Shown here: positions 1 to 12,062 of the stretch, one piece after another | Layout of the letters: each line of letters starts with the position of its first letter | Position numbering within the stretch: the first letter of the stretch is position 1 | Source: an uncultured Chloroflexia bacterium | Lineage (GTDB): Bacteria > Chloroflexota > Anaerolineae > CG2-30-64-16 | DNA: 64,000 bases | NCBI GenBank assembly: GCA_963695715.1 | Contig: CAVOHP010000003.1 | Location: forward strand, 12,991 to 76,990 | Direction of reading: 5' to 3' | The notes under the pieces: generated by a model | What the model saw: the letters and a program-made list of their open reading frames with translations, nothing else | Databases searched by the model: none | What the model was told of the DNA's origin: nothing | Made by a program: the position numbers and the translations under genes

Positions 1-3000
1 CTGATCCATGTAGGCCATGCCGTCCAGCCCGCGCGGCGAGGCTTCGGCGGAGAACCGGTCGCGGATTTTCGCCGGCGCGGCCGTGATGGGATAGAGCACC
101 GCGCCCGCGACCAGCACGCCGGTCGTCGCCCAGGCCAGCCAGCGCCACCCGATCTTCCACGACGACGCGCGGTCCGCCCAGAGGGCGAAGCCATAGGCGC
201 AGGCCACGCCGAGCAGCGTCCAGGCCTGCATGTAAAATTTGAACACCGTGTTCATGCGGCCGATGTCGTCCTTGAGGCGGATCACCTCGACGCCCATCGT
301 GATGGCGAAGGCGAGCGCCAGCAGCAGCAGTCCGAAACGGCGTACGGCGGGCAAATCACGGCCTGTCGGCAAGGAAGACCGCGAGGGCCAACAGCGGGAG
401 CGCAATCAGCCAGATTTTCGCGCCGATGAGCCAACCGAGACCCGCGCCTGCGACCACGAATACGGCGATTGCCGGGCCAAGTTCGGCCAACTCCGCCGGG
501 ATGCGCCCACGCCGCGCCTGATCGGCCAATTCGCTCAACAGGAAGATCGTCGCCAGCGCGAGGAACAGGCCATAGACGACGAAGTAATCGGTCAGCAGGC
601 TCCCGTCGCCTTGCCAGGATTGCAGCCCACCGTAAGCCGTGGCGTAGTGGGAGCTGAACGGATAGAACGACAGCGCCGCCACGGCGATCAGGAGAAGGCT
701 GCGCCACCCGATGGCGACGAGCCGGCGGAAGAAGAACGCCATCCGCTGATCGAGTTGTTCGGGCAGCGGGATCCGCCGGTGACGCACGAGCTCACCAATG
801 ATGATCGCGACGACGCCGATGATGAGCATCGTCGGAAAGTCCCAGGTGTTCGTCGCTCGCAGCGCACCGGCCACGAAACCCAGCCCGCCGATGAGCAGCA
901 ACTCATTGGGAGATACGTACCACGGCCCCATGTACGCTTCAAGCGATGACGGCGCGCGCACGGTGCGCACCAGCGCCGTCGCGGCGGCCAGCCCGAGCAC
1001 GAAGATCGGCAGCGCGATCATGTGCGCATGCAGGTCGGCATAGGTGAACGTGAAGAAGGGAAACTCGTTGATCGTATCCGGGATCACCCGCGAGGCGTTC
1101 CAGAACCACCAGTCGTTCGGGAAGCTCAGGGCCGCGTCGCCGCGCAACACCGCGCCCAGGCCGCTCAGCGCGGACCGGAACTGCGCCAGCGGCCCGGTCA
1201 CGCCGGGGTCAGGCGGAACCTGCACGGCGAACTGTTGGATGAGCAACCGCACGTTGCCCAGGTTGCCGACGATGACGACCAGCAGCACGCTCGCCAGGCC
1301 GGCCAGCAACCCGCTGCGGGATAGTCCGGGCGAGACCGCATCGTCATCCGGCGGGAGGTCGCTGTCGCCGTCGGTGAGGTTGTACGCCACACTGAACGCG
1401 CCCACGCCGACCAGCGCAAAAAGCGTCGGCACGGCCAGATTATAAGCCACCGCCGGCACGATGCCCGACAGCTTGACGAGCGTCCCGATGATGACGAAAC
1501 CGAAGTAGTAATAGTTGATGAAGCCGCCCGCGAACCACGGATCGTAGGGCGGAAACGTCGTGGACTTGATCACCGCGTTGAGATAGGCGAAGTCCATCGG
1601 CTTCTCGCCGCCCGCGCGCCGGGTGCCACAGGTCGGGGTTACCCCAGCGCACTGCCAGGAACATCACGAAGAGCATGAGGAATATGATTTCTTCCGTGGC
1701 GAGCAACCCCGACCGCGCCCGCACGAACCGGCCGATCTCATCACGATGACGCCATCCCAGGTAGGCAGACAGGGCCGCCAGCAGCAGCAGGCACAGGGCG
1801 ATGTAGGCGCGGCTGAACTCGGTGAGCTTGAGGCCGGGGCCAAGCCACGCCAGCCAGGCGAGCAGGAGCATCCCCAGCGTCTTGGCGACGCCGTAGCCCC
1901 GGTCGCCCAGGTTCCTTAACACGCCGAAAGCCAGCGGGAAGGCGATGACCCCCAGGATTTCCAGCAGCAGCAGCCAGATCAGGACGGCAATCACCGGAGA
2001 GCGGTTCACCACACTGTCCGGGTTGAAGATCTGCGCCCAACTGCCGCCGGCCTGCTGCTGCGCCGCCTCGTCCTCCGTCATCAGCAGTGCGGTGGGCGCG
2101 GCGCTGACCTGCTTGGGCCAGTACTGGATCGTGTGCTCCAGGTCAATGGGGTCGAAATAGCCGCGCGCCAGCTCCTCGCTGTACGCCGGCGTCTTCTTGA
2201 ATATTCTGACCTCGGGATGATCGTAGACGCTGAAGGCTTCTTCCGCGCCCGTATCGTTGAACTCGACGCCGAAGATCGTCGGGAAGGACACGCCGCGATA
2301 GACTTCCTCGAACCCCAACTCGCCGCTGAAGAGCAGGTCGTAGTACTTCACGGTCATCGGGTAGCGCAAAGGCAGGCGCGGGATGGAACCCCACAGCCGA
2401 TTCGACGAAAGCACGATGTAGTCGGCCTCGTTGAGCCATTGATAGAGTTGCTCGCGCTTCTCCGGCGTGTCCTCGTTGTACATCTGCATATTGCCGTCGC
2501 CGGAGGTGCTCAGCCCGCGATAGCCGAAAGAGCCGAACCCATCCTTCCCGTCAATCCGCAGGGGCAGGCCGTCATCCCAATGCTCGTTGGCGATCACGCT
2601 GCCCGGCGGCACGTTCTCATAGATCCACCGCGACGCCGTGACCCGGCTGAGCGGACGGCGATAAATCGCCAGGAAGCCCCACCCCCACAACATGGTCGCG
2701 ATGGTCACAACGACCATCAGACCGTACGCCAGCCCGGTCACTGCGGGGCGATGAATCCGGGCGCGGGCGCGATCCACGATCCACCACAGCAGCCATGCCG
2801 CCATCATCACCAGCGTCGGGTAGATGGGGAGCAGGTAGCGCATGGACTGCACGTATTGCAAGCCTTGCCACAGGAACATACCGCCGATCCACGCAACGGG
2901 CAGGATGTGCATCCGCACGGCCTTGCCGTCGGGCCGGAGGGTCATGCCGCGGATCACCTGCCACGCGCCCAGCGCCCACCCCGCCCACGCCGTCGCCCCC

Positions 3001-4120
3001 AACGGGACGCCCATCCCCCAGATCACCATATTCGTGAACGGGAAGACGAACGGCGTCCGGCTGGCCCACTGGTGGCCGGGCGGGTAATCGGCGTCGCCGC
3101 CGATGAGCAGCCGAATCTGGCGCATGTTGTCGCGCCACGCGTCCGCGAAACTGAAATCGAGCAGGCTCGTGCCGCCGAACGCATAAGGCTGCGCAACGCG
3201 GAACACCGCGATGGCCGTGACGCCCATCAAGAATCAAGCGGAAGAAGGTCGCCTGCAACAGCGTGTTGAGCCACGCGCCGTCGCGCACTGCGCCGCGACT
3301 ATCGGGCGATGCGTGCCAGTCATCCCACGCGCGCACGCCCGCGGCCAGCAGCACAATCCCGGCCATCGGCGCGAGATTGATGCGCGACGCGACCGTCGCC
3401 CCCAGGCTGGCCCCCATCGCGATGTACGTCGGCCAGCCGCCGCCCCGTCGGTCGGGTTGACCGCCCTGCATCACCCGCACGGCGAAGTAAAAAGTCAACA
3501 GCGCGAAGAACGTGCCAAAGGTGTCTACGGTGAAGAAGTGCGCCTGCTGCAACGGCAGCACGGCGAACGCATAGAACAGCCCCGCCAACAGCCCGACGCG
3601 TTTGTCATACAGGCGGCGGCTGATCAGGAAGATGAGCGGGATGCAGGCCAGGTCAAAGAGACCCGATAGCGCGCGCCCGACGAAATGCACACCGCTATAG
3701 CCCGCCAGATCAATCGGAATCCCCTCGACGATCGTCCACCACTGGGTGTCCTGGTTGATCTGATTGGCAAACTCCGCCGCCACCCGCACGATGAAGATCG
3801 GCAAGGTGCCGTAGACAAAGAAGCCATACCCCTTGTTATAGGGGCTCATCGGCGAGATGGTGCTGTCAATGAACTCGCTGAAGCTGGTCGGCAGATCGAG
3901 GGCGTCTTCGACCATCGTCAGGAACCGCTCATCCGGGTGGATGTGCGTCTCGGCATCCCAATTGAGGTGGCTGAGCCGCAGATATGCCCCCACGCCCAGA
4001 ATCAGGAGCAGGAGCAGCGGCGCGAGCCACCTCATTGCAGAGCGCGCCCGCGCCTGGCCCGGCTCGCCTTCCGGATGCTGTCGCAGTGGATGTCGGTTCG
4101 GTCATCGTCGAATCTTTCAT
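1..4120 (-). CDS. Large membrane GT-C glycosyltransferase (PMT/ArnT-like) fused to DUF2298 / Chlor_Arch_YYY domain; frameshifted, 3' end runs off the window
   Basis: Joined ORFs 3929-4120, 2617-4035, 1440-3230, 356-1597 and a further frame at 1-360. Motifs: HPDERF after the first TM helix, HFFTVD, EHWDD, NYYYFG, INEFPFFTF, DLHAH, NTWDFP, RMNTVFKFY. ATG overlaps the upstream stop (ATGA at 4117-4120). Confidence 0.85.
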
Positions 4121-4905
4121 AGCGGATTATCTTGCCGAATGGATGAATACCTGTTGCGCTCGCCCAGCACATTCCAATCCCACCAGAAGCGCCACATATC
4201 GCGGCCGGTGCGTGCGATCAGGCGCACGTTGGCCCCGGTCGCCTGTCCGCTGGTGCGCGGTAAATAGATTATGTCTACCTCGCTCAGCCTCGCTCCCATC
4301 GCGTGCAGCCGGATGAGGATCTCGGCGAAGAAGAAGGCGCTGCCCCAACTGCGCACGTCAATCCGCCGCAGATATTCCACCCGGTACATGCTGATGTAGT
4401 TGAACTGGCGCAACGGCATCCCGAAGAGCGCCTGAATCAGCCGGATGTTGGCCCATGAAACCACGCGACGGAACCGGCTATAATCGCGCCGATCCGACCG
4501 GACGCCCACGACGGCGTCCGCATCACGCGCGGCGTCGAAGTAACGGCGCAACTCTCCCAGGTCGAGCGCAAGGTCTGCGGGAATGAGGATCAACCAGCGC
4601 CCGCGCGCCTCCGCGATCCCCGTGCGCATCCCGCCGCCGATCCCCTGATTCACCGCGTGATGCACGACGCGCACCTCAGGATGCCGGGCCTGCAACCCGT
4701 CGGCGACCTCCGGCGTGCCGTCCGTGCTGCAATCATCCACGATCAGCAACTCGGCGCTGATATCGAATCCGTCGAGCGCGGCCAATACCTGCTCCACGGC
4801 GTCGGCCAGGCCGGCCGCTTCATTGTAGGCCGGCATGAGCACCGTCAGCCACGGACCGGCCTCATCTGATCTTGCGTTGTCATGCTGAACGGAGTGAAGC
4901 ATCAC
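4117..4905 (-). CDS. Glycosyltransferase family 2 (DPM1-like polyprenol-phosphate glycosyltransferase)
   Basis: VLMPAYNE, IVDDCSTDGT, NQGIGG, PADL motifs. Exact start uncertain because it overlaps a REP-like element. Confidence 0.9.
   Translation of the reverse strand: MMLHSVQHDNARSDEAGPWLTVLMPAYNEAAGLADAVEQVLAALDGFDISAELLIVDDCSTDGTPEVADGLQARHPEVRVVHHAVNQGIGGGMRTGIAEARGRWLILIPADLALDLGELRRYFDAARDADAVVGVRSDRRDYSRFRRVVSWANIRLIQALFGMPLRQFNYISMYRVEYLRRIDVRSWGSAFFFAEILIRLHAMGARLSEVDIIYLPRTSGQATGANVRLIARTGRDMWRFWWDWNVLGERNRYSSIRQDNPL
4879..4903 (+). repeat. REP-like palindromic element, copy 1
   Basis: GTCATGCTGAACGGAGTGAAGCATC; 22/25 identical to 40356-40380 with a compensatory stem change. Confidence 0.65.
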
Positions 4906-4937
4906 GGCAACTTAACCAGGAATTCTTCAGGGACGCA

Positions 4938-5976
4938 TCAGGCATCGGCCAGTTCGCGCCAGCCGCGCCGGGCAATCTCTCCTCTAACGTCCAGACGACA
5001 GCCGCTGTTCCCTGCATCGAGCAACAACGTCGCCAGCGCCACGGCGCCCAGACCATCCAGCCCCGTCACCAGCGGCTCACTGTTCCCACGCGCTGCTTCG
5101 ATGAACGACCGCAGCTCGGCTTCGAGCGGCTCGACCTTCGTGACGCGCAGCCGGGTGACGTTGCCCTCCTCGACCCCGCGGAAGAGCGCCATCGCATCCC
5201 ACCGGCTCGGCGCAATCCGATTCTCATAGAAGAACAGGTCCTGGGCGATATAGTCTACCACGAACATGCCCCGTTCGCCGGTTATGCGCAACTCACGCAC
5301 CTTCACGGGGCTTAGCCAGTTGATATCCAGCACCCCCAGCACGCCGTTATCGAAACGGAGCATCGCGGAGAGCAAGTCCTCGTGCGTCGCGTGTACGTTG
5401 CGCTCCACCTCCGCCGACACGTGCGCCACCGGGCGGCCGACCAGCCGGCGCATGATGTCCAGTTCGTGCGTCGCCAGGTCGAATACCACCCCGACGTCGT
5501 GGATGTAGGCGGGAAAGGGCGACAGTCGCCGTGCGTGCACCTGGAATATCTGCCCGATCTCGCCGCCCGCCAGTCGCGGTTGGAGCTCGATGATCGCCGG
5601 GTTGAACCGCTCGATGTGCCCCACGGTGAGCACGCGCCGCGCCGCGGCCGCGTGCGCGATCAATTCGCGTCCCTCCTCGTAGGTCGCCGCCATCGGCTTT
5701 TCGACCAGGACATGCGCCCCCGCATCGAGCGCCAGGCACGCAACTTCGAGATGCAGGGCGGTCGGCACGGCCACGGAGACCAGATCGGGTTGCGCCTCGT
5801 TCCAGCATCGTCTCTGCGTTCTCATATGCCGGGATGCGAAACTGGCGAGCTATGGCCTCACGTCGCCCTGCGTCCGTATCCGCAATCGCGACCAGTTCCA
5901 CGTCGGGCAGTTGCGAATAGACCCGAACGTGATGCCGCCCGATGGAACCGACGCCGATTACCGCGGCTTTCAACAT
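4938..5976 (-). CDS. Gfo/Idh/MocA oxidoreductase (WbpB/WlbA-like nucleotide-sugar 3-dehydrogenase); frameshift ~5815
   Basis: MLKAAVIGVGSIGRHH Rossmann start in one frame; VLVEKP, GHIERFNP, DLATHELD in the next. Confidence 0.85.
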
Positions 5977-5986
5977 CTTCACCTTC

Positions 5987-6565
5987 TTACGAGTGCGGCG
6001 AGAGAGTCCAATCGCACACGCGGCAACGCCAGAGGTCGCCATCCGCTTCGAGCGGCCTGCCGCAACGACAGGCCCACCCCACAAGTCGCGCCGGCGCGCC
6101 CAGCGCCAACCCGTGATCGGGAACCGAACGGGTGACGACCGCGCCCGCGCCGATCATGGCGAAGCGGCCGATTTCGATGCCGGGCAGCAGGATTGCACCG
6201 GCCCCGATCGAAGCTCCGGCATGCACCAGGATTTCCCCAACTTCCCAATCGTCGTCCGTCTTGAGACGACCGTCCGGCGTGACGGCGCGCGGATAGCGGT
6301 CGTTGCTCAGGCAAGCCTGCGGGCCGATGAAGACCCCATCCTCGATGCGGACGCCGTGATACACCAGGGCGTAATTCTGTATCTTGACATTGTCGCCAAT
6401 GCGGACGTTGAAGTCAACATAGACGCCCTTGCCCAGGATACAGTGTTGGCCGATGACGGCGCCTTCGCGCACCTGCGCCTGATGCCAGATGCGCGTCCCT
6501 GCGCCGATAGACGCCCCCGGCGAGACTTCGGCGGTCGGGTGAATCCGCACATCAGTCGCATTCAT
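5987..6565 (-). CDS. Hexapeptide-repeat N-acetyltransferase (WbpD/WlbB-like)
   Basis: IHPTAEV...IWHQAQVRE...KIQN...NDRYPRA; left-handed beta-helix repeats; C-terminal CxC...CxxC. Confidence 0.88.
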   Translation of the reverse strand: MNATDVRIHPTAEVSPGASIGAGTRIWHQAQVREGAVIGQHCILGKGVYVDFNVRIGDNVKIQNYALVYHGVRIEDGVFIGPQACLSNDRYPRAVTPDGRLKTDDDWEVGEILVHAGASIGAGAILLPGIEIGRFAMIGAGAVVTRSVPDHGLALGAPARLVGWACRCGRPLEADGDLWRCRVCDWTLSPHS

Positions 6566-8836
6566 GGCGTGAACTCCAGTTCGCGCACGTGAATCTTGGC
6601 GTCCGGCCCCGCCGTGAGGTGCAGCGCCTCGATCATCACTCGCTGCCACCTGCCCGGGGCCGCGGTCGAAACGCGACCTCGACGGTCGGGTCGGGCGGCA
6701 TATCGCGATACTCACGCGAATAGACCACCGGTTCCGTCGCGCCGGGCGCATAGGCGCTCACGTACAGGATGAAATCCATGCTGCCGAAGGTCGCCGCCAG
6801 CGTCTCAATCGGTCGCGGCCCGGCGAACGTGATATCGAAGACGATGGGATTCGCCTCCAGTCCGCGCACCAGCGTGAAGGGGTCGCCGTCGAACAGGTCG
6901 CTCACCTGCCCCGCCTCCAGCACCGAATGGGTGACTTGCGCCGGGCTGCCGTCAATCGCCGCCCGGTCGGTGACGGGTTGGCTGCGCTCGATGCGTTCCG
7001 CGGCCAGCAGTTCATCCAGGTTATCGGCGTAGGTCAGACGCGCAAAGTAGAACCCCGGCTTGCCGTCGGGATAGGGGACGATCCGATCCACGTCCACCGC
7101 TTTGAACTTCGGGCTGGCCAACGCCTCTTCATATTCCGCGGGCGTCATCACCAGCAGGGTATGGTCATCCAGCGTCCGGCGCGCGTCCATGTAGTGATCT
7201 ATGTTGAGCATCTGCACCCGGCGTTGCAGCACATTTGGGAGGAAGAAACGGATGAAGGTATCTGCGCCGTTGGCCCAGGTCGAGCTCACCATGATCTGCG
7301 TGTCGGGGTCCTCTGCGAGGTATTCCGGGATCGCCTCCTCGAAGAGCTGTCGCGCGCCGTACTGCATCCCATAGAGGCCATAGTCATTGAACCAGCGCGG
7401 CCCCTGCACCAGCGCATGGCGCAACAGCAACAGGCTCGCCAGCGCCATCACCGCGAACACGGCGACCGGCGCAGCGACCCGGATTCGCCCGCCGTGTGGC
7501 GGGGATCCGCTTCGCAAGGAACGCCAGGATCGTTTCCAACCCCAGGGTGCAGAACAGCGCGGCGGGCACGTTGAAGGCCATCACGCGGGTGATCGTCACA
7601 TCCACCAGCGCCGCCCCGGCCGGCGCAGCCAGCGCGCACAGCAACACCGCCCGATAGGTCGCCTGACGGACGCGGGCAAGGCTGACGCCCAACCCGACGA
7701 GGAAGAAGGGCAGCGCGAAGATGCCGAGATGCCCCAGCCCCCCGAAACCGATGCCGGGCGAGATCATGTTGATTGGGCAAGAACCAGTATTGCGGGCTGA
7801 GGCCGTATGCGTAGGTGCGAACAAACTGACGCAGCTTCTCGGTCAGCGAGATATCACGGAACCAGTAGGAATCAATCGCCCGGAGATGCTGAGGCAGCGA
7901 GTCGGGTTGCGTCAGGCGAAACCGCAGGATGGGAAGCGCCAGCACCGCAACCAGCCCCAGCCCGAGCAGCACGGTCTTCCAGTGACGCAGATGATAGGGC
8001 AGATCGCTGAGCAACAGCAAGACCGCGGTGGCGGCCATCACCATCTGCCCGTTGGAATAGGTGTAAAACGTGGCCGCGCCGAAGACCACCGCAGGATACA
8101 GATAGGCGGGCGCGCGCGTCCGGTAGAGCAGATAGAAGAGCAGGAAGAGGGCGTAGAACGACGCCATCATCACCGTCTCGAAGCCGGTGCGCGAATGCAG
8201 CAGCCAGTTGGGGGCCAGCGCCAGGAATAACACGGCCGTCCACCAGTAGCGGCAACGGAAGATCAGTCTGGCGGTGAGCGCCACGGCCGCAACCCCGGCC
8301 AACGTCACCAGCGCCGCAGTCGCGCGGGTGACGGCGATGCTCTTACCGAAGAGCGCGACCGGCAGCACATGAACGTAGACCGAGAGCAGCGGCGTCCAGC
8401 GCAGACCCGCGGCCTCGAAATAGAGGGGGAAGAGGCGACCGTGCATGTCGCGGAAGCCGTTCTGCAGCAGGTCAGACGCCAGCACGGCATGCGTGGCCTC
8501 ATCCGCGAAGAAGTAGATGGGGAAGCGCTCGAGGGCGTAGAGGCGGGTGAACGCATAGACCAGCAGCGCCAGCCCGAACAGGATCCACTCCAGCCGCGGT
8601 GCGCCCTGAGCATCGTCGGGCATCGCGGGCGGGTCATCCCCGCCCGGCGCGCCTTCTGGCATCACCTCGATGCGCATGCGGATCCGCGTATCATCCGGCA
8701 AGTCCAGGGGCGCATCGGGGCGAATCACCCCGCCCACATAGCGTCCGGTCGCGCCGGCGCCCTTCCTGCCGATGCGAACCGACAGGGCGGTAAAGCCCAT
8801 CCTGATCGAGTTGACGGGAGAGATCGTCATGCCCAA
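6562..8836 (-). CDS. GT-C (ArnT/PMT-like) glycosyltransferase with C-terminal beta-sandwich domain; several frameshifts
   Basis: FPIYFFADE after TM1, HSRTGFE, YTY, multiple TM helices; joined ORFs 7448-8836, 7384-7824, 6636-7517. Reconstructed stop at 6562 overlaps the next ATG. Confidence 0.8.
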
Positions 8837-8851
8837 AGCCTGACTACCCGA

Positions 8852-9631
8852 CTAGATCTTCCGGCACTGCACGAATTGATAGGCCCCGGCTGCGGGCAAC
8901 GGCTCCTCGTAGTACGGCCTGAGCCAGCGCTCATACATATCGGACTGCCATTTGAACAGCACCCAGCGCCCGAAAAGTCGCTTGGTGACCAGTTGCGGCA
9001 CGCCAAGATAGTGACTCAGATCGAAACGCCGGTGCGCCTCCGGGGAGAAGTAGTACGTCTGCTCCTCGACTTCAAACCCGGCGGCGGAGAGCCGCTCGCG
9101 CCAGACTTCCGGCGTGTAGACGTGGTAATGATGGGAGATGCTGTTGAAGAAGCGGCCATACGCCTCGCCCAGCCCGCGCAGGCCGATCTTGCGAAACGCC
9201 GTCGCGCCCAGCAGATATTCCGGGTAGTGCTCGCTCGGCAGCGTGGTCGCGAAGACGCCGCCCCGTCGCAGCACGCGCGCGATCTCACGCAGCACGGCCG
9301 CGTTATCGGGGATATGCTCGATGACGCAATTGCTGATCACGGTGTTGAACGCCGCATCGGGGAAAGGCAGATCGGTGGCGCTGGCGTACATCACTTGCCG
9401 GTAAACGCCTTCGCGGCTTGCCGCCTCCGGCAAGTCACGCGTCATCACGTCAATACCGATGTCAATGGGCAGTTGATCATACGCGATCGAGGCGAAATGG
9501 CCGTCGCCGCACCCGATGTCGAGCACCGGCGAGACCAGGGGCACGCGGTTCATGAATCGGCATTCCACCGCCCGCAGGATCGCCCGATGGGGCGCCATGT
9601 CTTCGAGTTGGCGTGAGAGATAATCGCTCAT
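8852..9631 (-). CDS. Class I SAM-dependent methyltransferase
   Basis: VLDIGCGDG, LPFPDAAFNTVISNCVIEHI, EIARVLRRGG. Confidence 0.92.
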   Translation of the reverse strand: MSDYLSRQLEDMAPHRAILRAVECRFMNRVPLVSPVLDIGCGDGHFASIAYDQLPIDIGIDVMTRDLPEAASREGVYRQVMYASATDLPFPDAAFNTVISNCVIEHIPDNAAVLREIARVLRRGGVFATTLPSEHYPEYLLGATAFRKIGLRGLGEAYGRFFNSISHHYHVYTPEVWRERLSAAGFEVEEQTYYFSPEAHRRFDLSHYLGVPQLVTKRLFGRWVLFKWQSDMYERWLRPYYEEPLPAAGAYQFVQCRKI

Positions 9632-10800
9632 GTGCGAACAACCTCGCTCGCTTGCACAACCAGGGAAGCGAACAGCGACTCGTACGCGTCCACGGTGCGC
9701 TCCAGCGCGAAGCGCTGCATGATCTCATCGCGCGGGCGAATGTAAGCGCCGCGATTCTGGAGCACCTTGATGATCCCGTCGGCCAACCCGTCGGCGTCGG
9801 CAATCGGCACGATCTCGCCCATCCCCGTCATGCGCACGGGCTGCCGGACGCCGGGCAGGTCGGTCGCAACGACGGGCGTGCCGCACATGAACGCCTCTAC
9901 CTGCACCAGGCCGAACGACTCCGTGTTGTTGATGGACGCCACGGTCACCACGTCGCACAGGGCGTAGAAGTCGGCCATCTCCGCCGGGTTGAGCGTGCCC
10001 AGGAAGGTCAGATACGGCTCGTACTGGCGGATCAACGGCTGCAAGTCATCCCAGATGGTCTCGCCGATCACACCCTTGTACGGCCCGGCAAAGACGAGGC
10101 GCACGTTGGGAATTTGTTCCAGAATCCGCGGGATGGCGTTGATGAGATAGCCCGCGCCCTTCTCATAGGCAAAGCGCGCGGCGAACCCGATCACGCGCTC
10201 ATCCGTCAGGCCAATACGCCGGCGCAACGCCGCCACTTCGGCGGGCCGCGGTTCGGGAATCGCCACGGGCGGCAGGATCACCTGCACCTTGCCTTCCGCC
10301 AGGAACCGCGACAGGAACGGGGAGTGCGAGGCGAAATCTTCCGTATACGCGACGATGGTCTCGGCCTCGCGCCCCGCAATCAGATTGTCCCAATACGTCA
10401 GCTTGTCCACAATGCGCCCATACCACACCGGCGGCATCTGGAGGTCGCAGTGATACGTCAGGATGGGGCGACGCCCGGCCCGGCGGGCCAGCCAGGTCGC
10501 CAGCGCGCCTTCCACCTGCGGCAGGTGGATGCTGACCACGTCATGCGCGCGAATTTCCCGCCACGCCACGGCGGCGAAGGAGGGCATCACGACGCCCTTG
10601 TTGAAGCGGAACAGCACCGGCACGCGCACCACACGCACGCCGTCCATCGTCTCTTCGGCGGGGAGCGAGTCCATGTATTGCGACGTCAGCACCGTGACCT
10701 GGTGTCCGCGGGCGGCCAGCGAGCGCGCGAGCCGCTCGACGTAGATCGTCAGGCCGCTGACGTGCGGGCGGTAATAGGTGAGGATGAAAAGGATCTTCAC
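9628..10800 (-). CDS. Glycosyltransferase family 4
   Basis: GTG start overlapping the upstream stop; EKG motif, ESFGLVQVEAFMCGTPVVATDLPG. Confidence 0.92.
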   Translation of the reverse strand: MKILFILTYYRPHVSGLTIYVERLARSLAARGHQVTVLTSQYMDSLPAEETMDGVRVVRVPVLFRFNKGVVMPSFAAVAWREIRAHDVVSIHLPQVEGALATWLARRAGRRPILTYHCDLQMPPVWYGRIVDKLTYWDNLIAGREAETIVAYTEDFASHSPFLSRFLAEGKVQVILPPVAIPEPRPAEVAALRRRIGLTDERVIGFAARFAYEKGAGYLINAIPRILEQIPNVRLVFAGPYKGVIGETIWDDLQPLIRQYEPYLTFLGTLNPAEMADFYALCDVVTVASINNTESFGLVQVEAFMCGTPVVATDLPGVRQPVRMTGMGEIVPIADADGLADGIIKVLQNRGAYIRPRDEIMQRFALERTVDAYESLFASLVVQASEVVRT

Positions 10801-11823
10801 TCGAACAATTCGCGATTGGCGCGCACCCACTCAACCAGCCGCCCGATGCCTTCACGGACGCTGACCTGCGGCAGCCAGCCGAGTTCGCGCGCCGCCTTGC
10901 GCACGTCGGCGACGAACACGGGTTGATCGCCGGGCCGCCAATCGCTGAACCGCGCCGGCTCGATCTCGCGCCCGACCAGTTCATTCAAGAGCGGACCGAA
11001 CTCGCGCCACACCGAAAGGGTGTTCTCCGGCCCGCCGCCCAGGTTATAGGCTTCACCCGCGGCAACGTCCATCCGGTCGGTGGCGATCTGGAACGCGCGC
11101 ACGAGGTCGTCCACGTGCAACAGGTCGCGCACCTGCTTGCCGTTGCCGTAGATGCTGATCGGCCGGCCCGTCACGGCGGCGATCACAAACCAGGCGACCC
11201 AGCCCTGATCCTCTACCCCCATCTGGCGCTGTCCGTAAATGCAGCTTTGCCGGAACACCACCGTGCGCAGCCCGTAGATGCGTGCATAGTCTCGCACATA
11301 CTGATCGGCCGCGCCCTTCGAGCAGCCATACGGTGAATGGAAATCGAGCCCGCGCTCCTCGGATACACCCAGCGGGTAATCGGGCAGCAGATAGCGCGTC
11401 TCGGTCTCGACGGCCTGCACGTCATCCATCCCCCCGTAGACTTTGTTGGTCGAGGAGTAGATCAGGGCGGCCTGCGGCGCATTCGCCGCGCACCGCCTCG
11501 AGGACATTGAACGTGCCCAGCGCGTTGACTTCGAAATCGTGGCGCGGGTCGGTGACCGATGTGGTGACGGCCGTCTGTGAGGCAAGATGATAGACCGCTT
11601 CCGCGCCCGCAACGGCCGCGAGCATCGCGCCGGCATCGCGGATATCCGCCTGGATGAACTCGAACCCCGCCGCGCCGAACATGTCGCGCAGCCAGCGCAG
11701 ATTGGCCTCGCTGCCACGGCGAGAGAGATTATCCAGCACGGTGACCCGGTGTCCGGCTTCGATAGAGGCCTTCGTCAGGTTGCTGCCAATGAAGCCGGCC
11801 CCGCCGGTGATGAGGATTCGCAT
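10797..11823 (-). CDS. NAD-dependent nucleotide-sugar epimerase (CDP-paratose 2-epimerase/RfbE-like); frameshift ~11480
   Basis: ILITGGAGFIG, HLASQTAVTTS, YSSTNKVYG, HSPYGCSKG, FRQSCIYG, EDQGWVAWF. Confidence 0.88.
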
Positions 11824-11828
11824 GAAGC

Positions 11829-12053
11829 TTACCGTCGCAATCTGAGCAGAACGTTCAAAATTACCGTCAATAAGATACTGAGGAGGATCATGGTCCCCAG
11901 CGGCATGAACAGCGTGAAATTCTCCCGCTGCACCACGATATTCCCCGGGAGTTGCTTGAACCCCGGCAGCTTCTCGATGAGCAGGAACAGAAGACCGACC
12001 AGGACGAGAGCGCCGCCCAACCCGATCAACAATCGCCCCATGGACCCAACCAT
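11829..12053 (-). CDS. DUF2905 small membrane protein
   Basis: Two TM helices around LPGNIVVQRENFTLFMPLGT. Confidence 0.8.
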   Translation of the reverse strand: MVGSMGRLLIGLGGALVLVGLLFLLIEKLPGFKQLPGNIVVQRENFTLFMPLGTMILLSILLTVILNVLLRLRR

Positions 12054-12062
12054 GCGCGTCGC

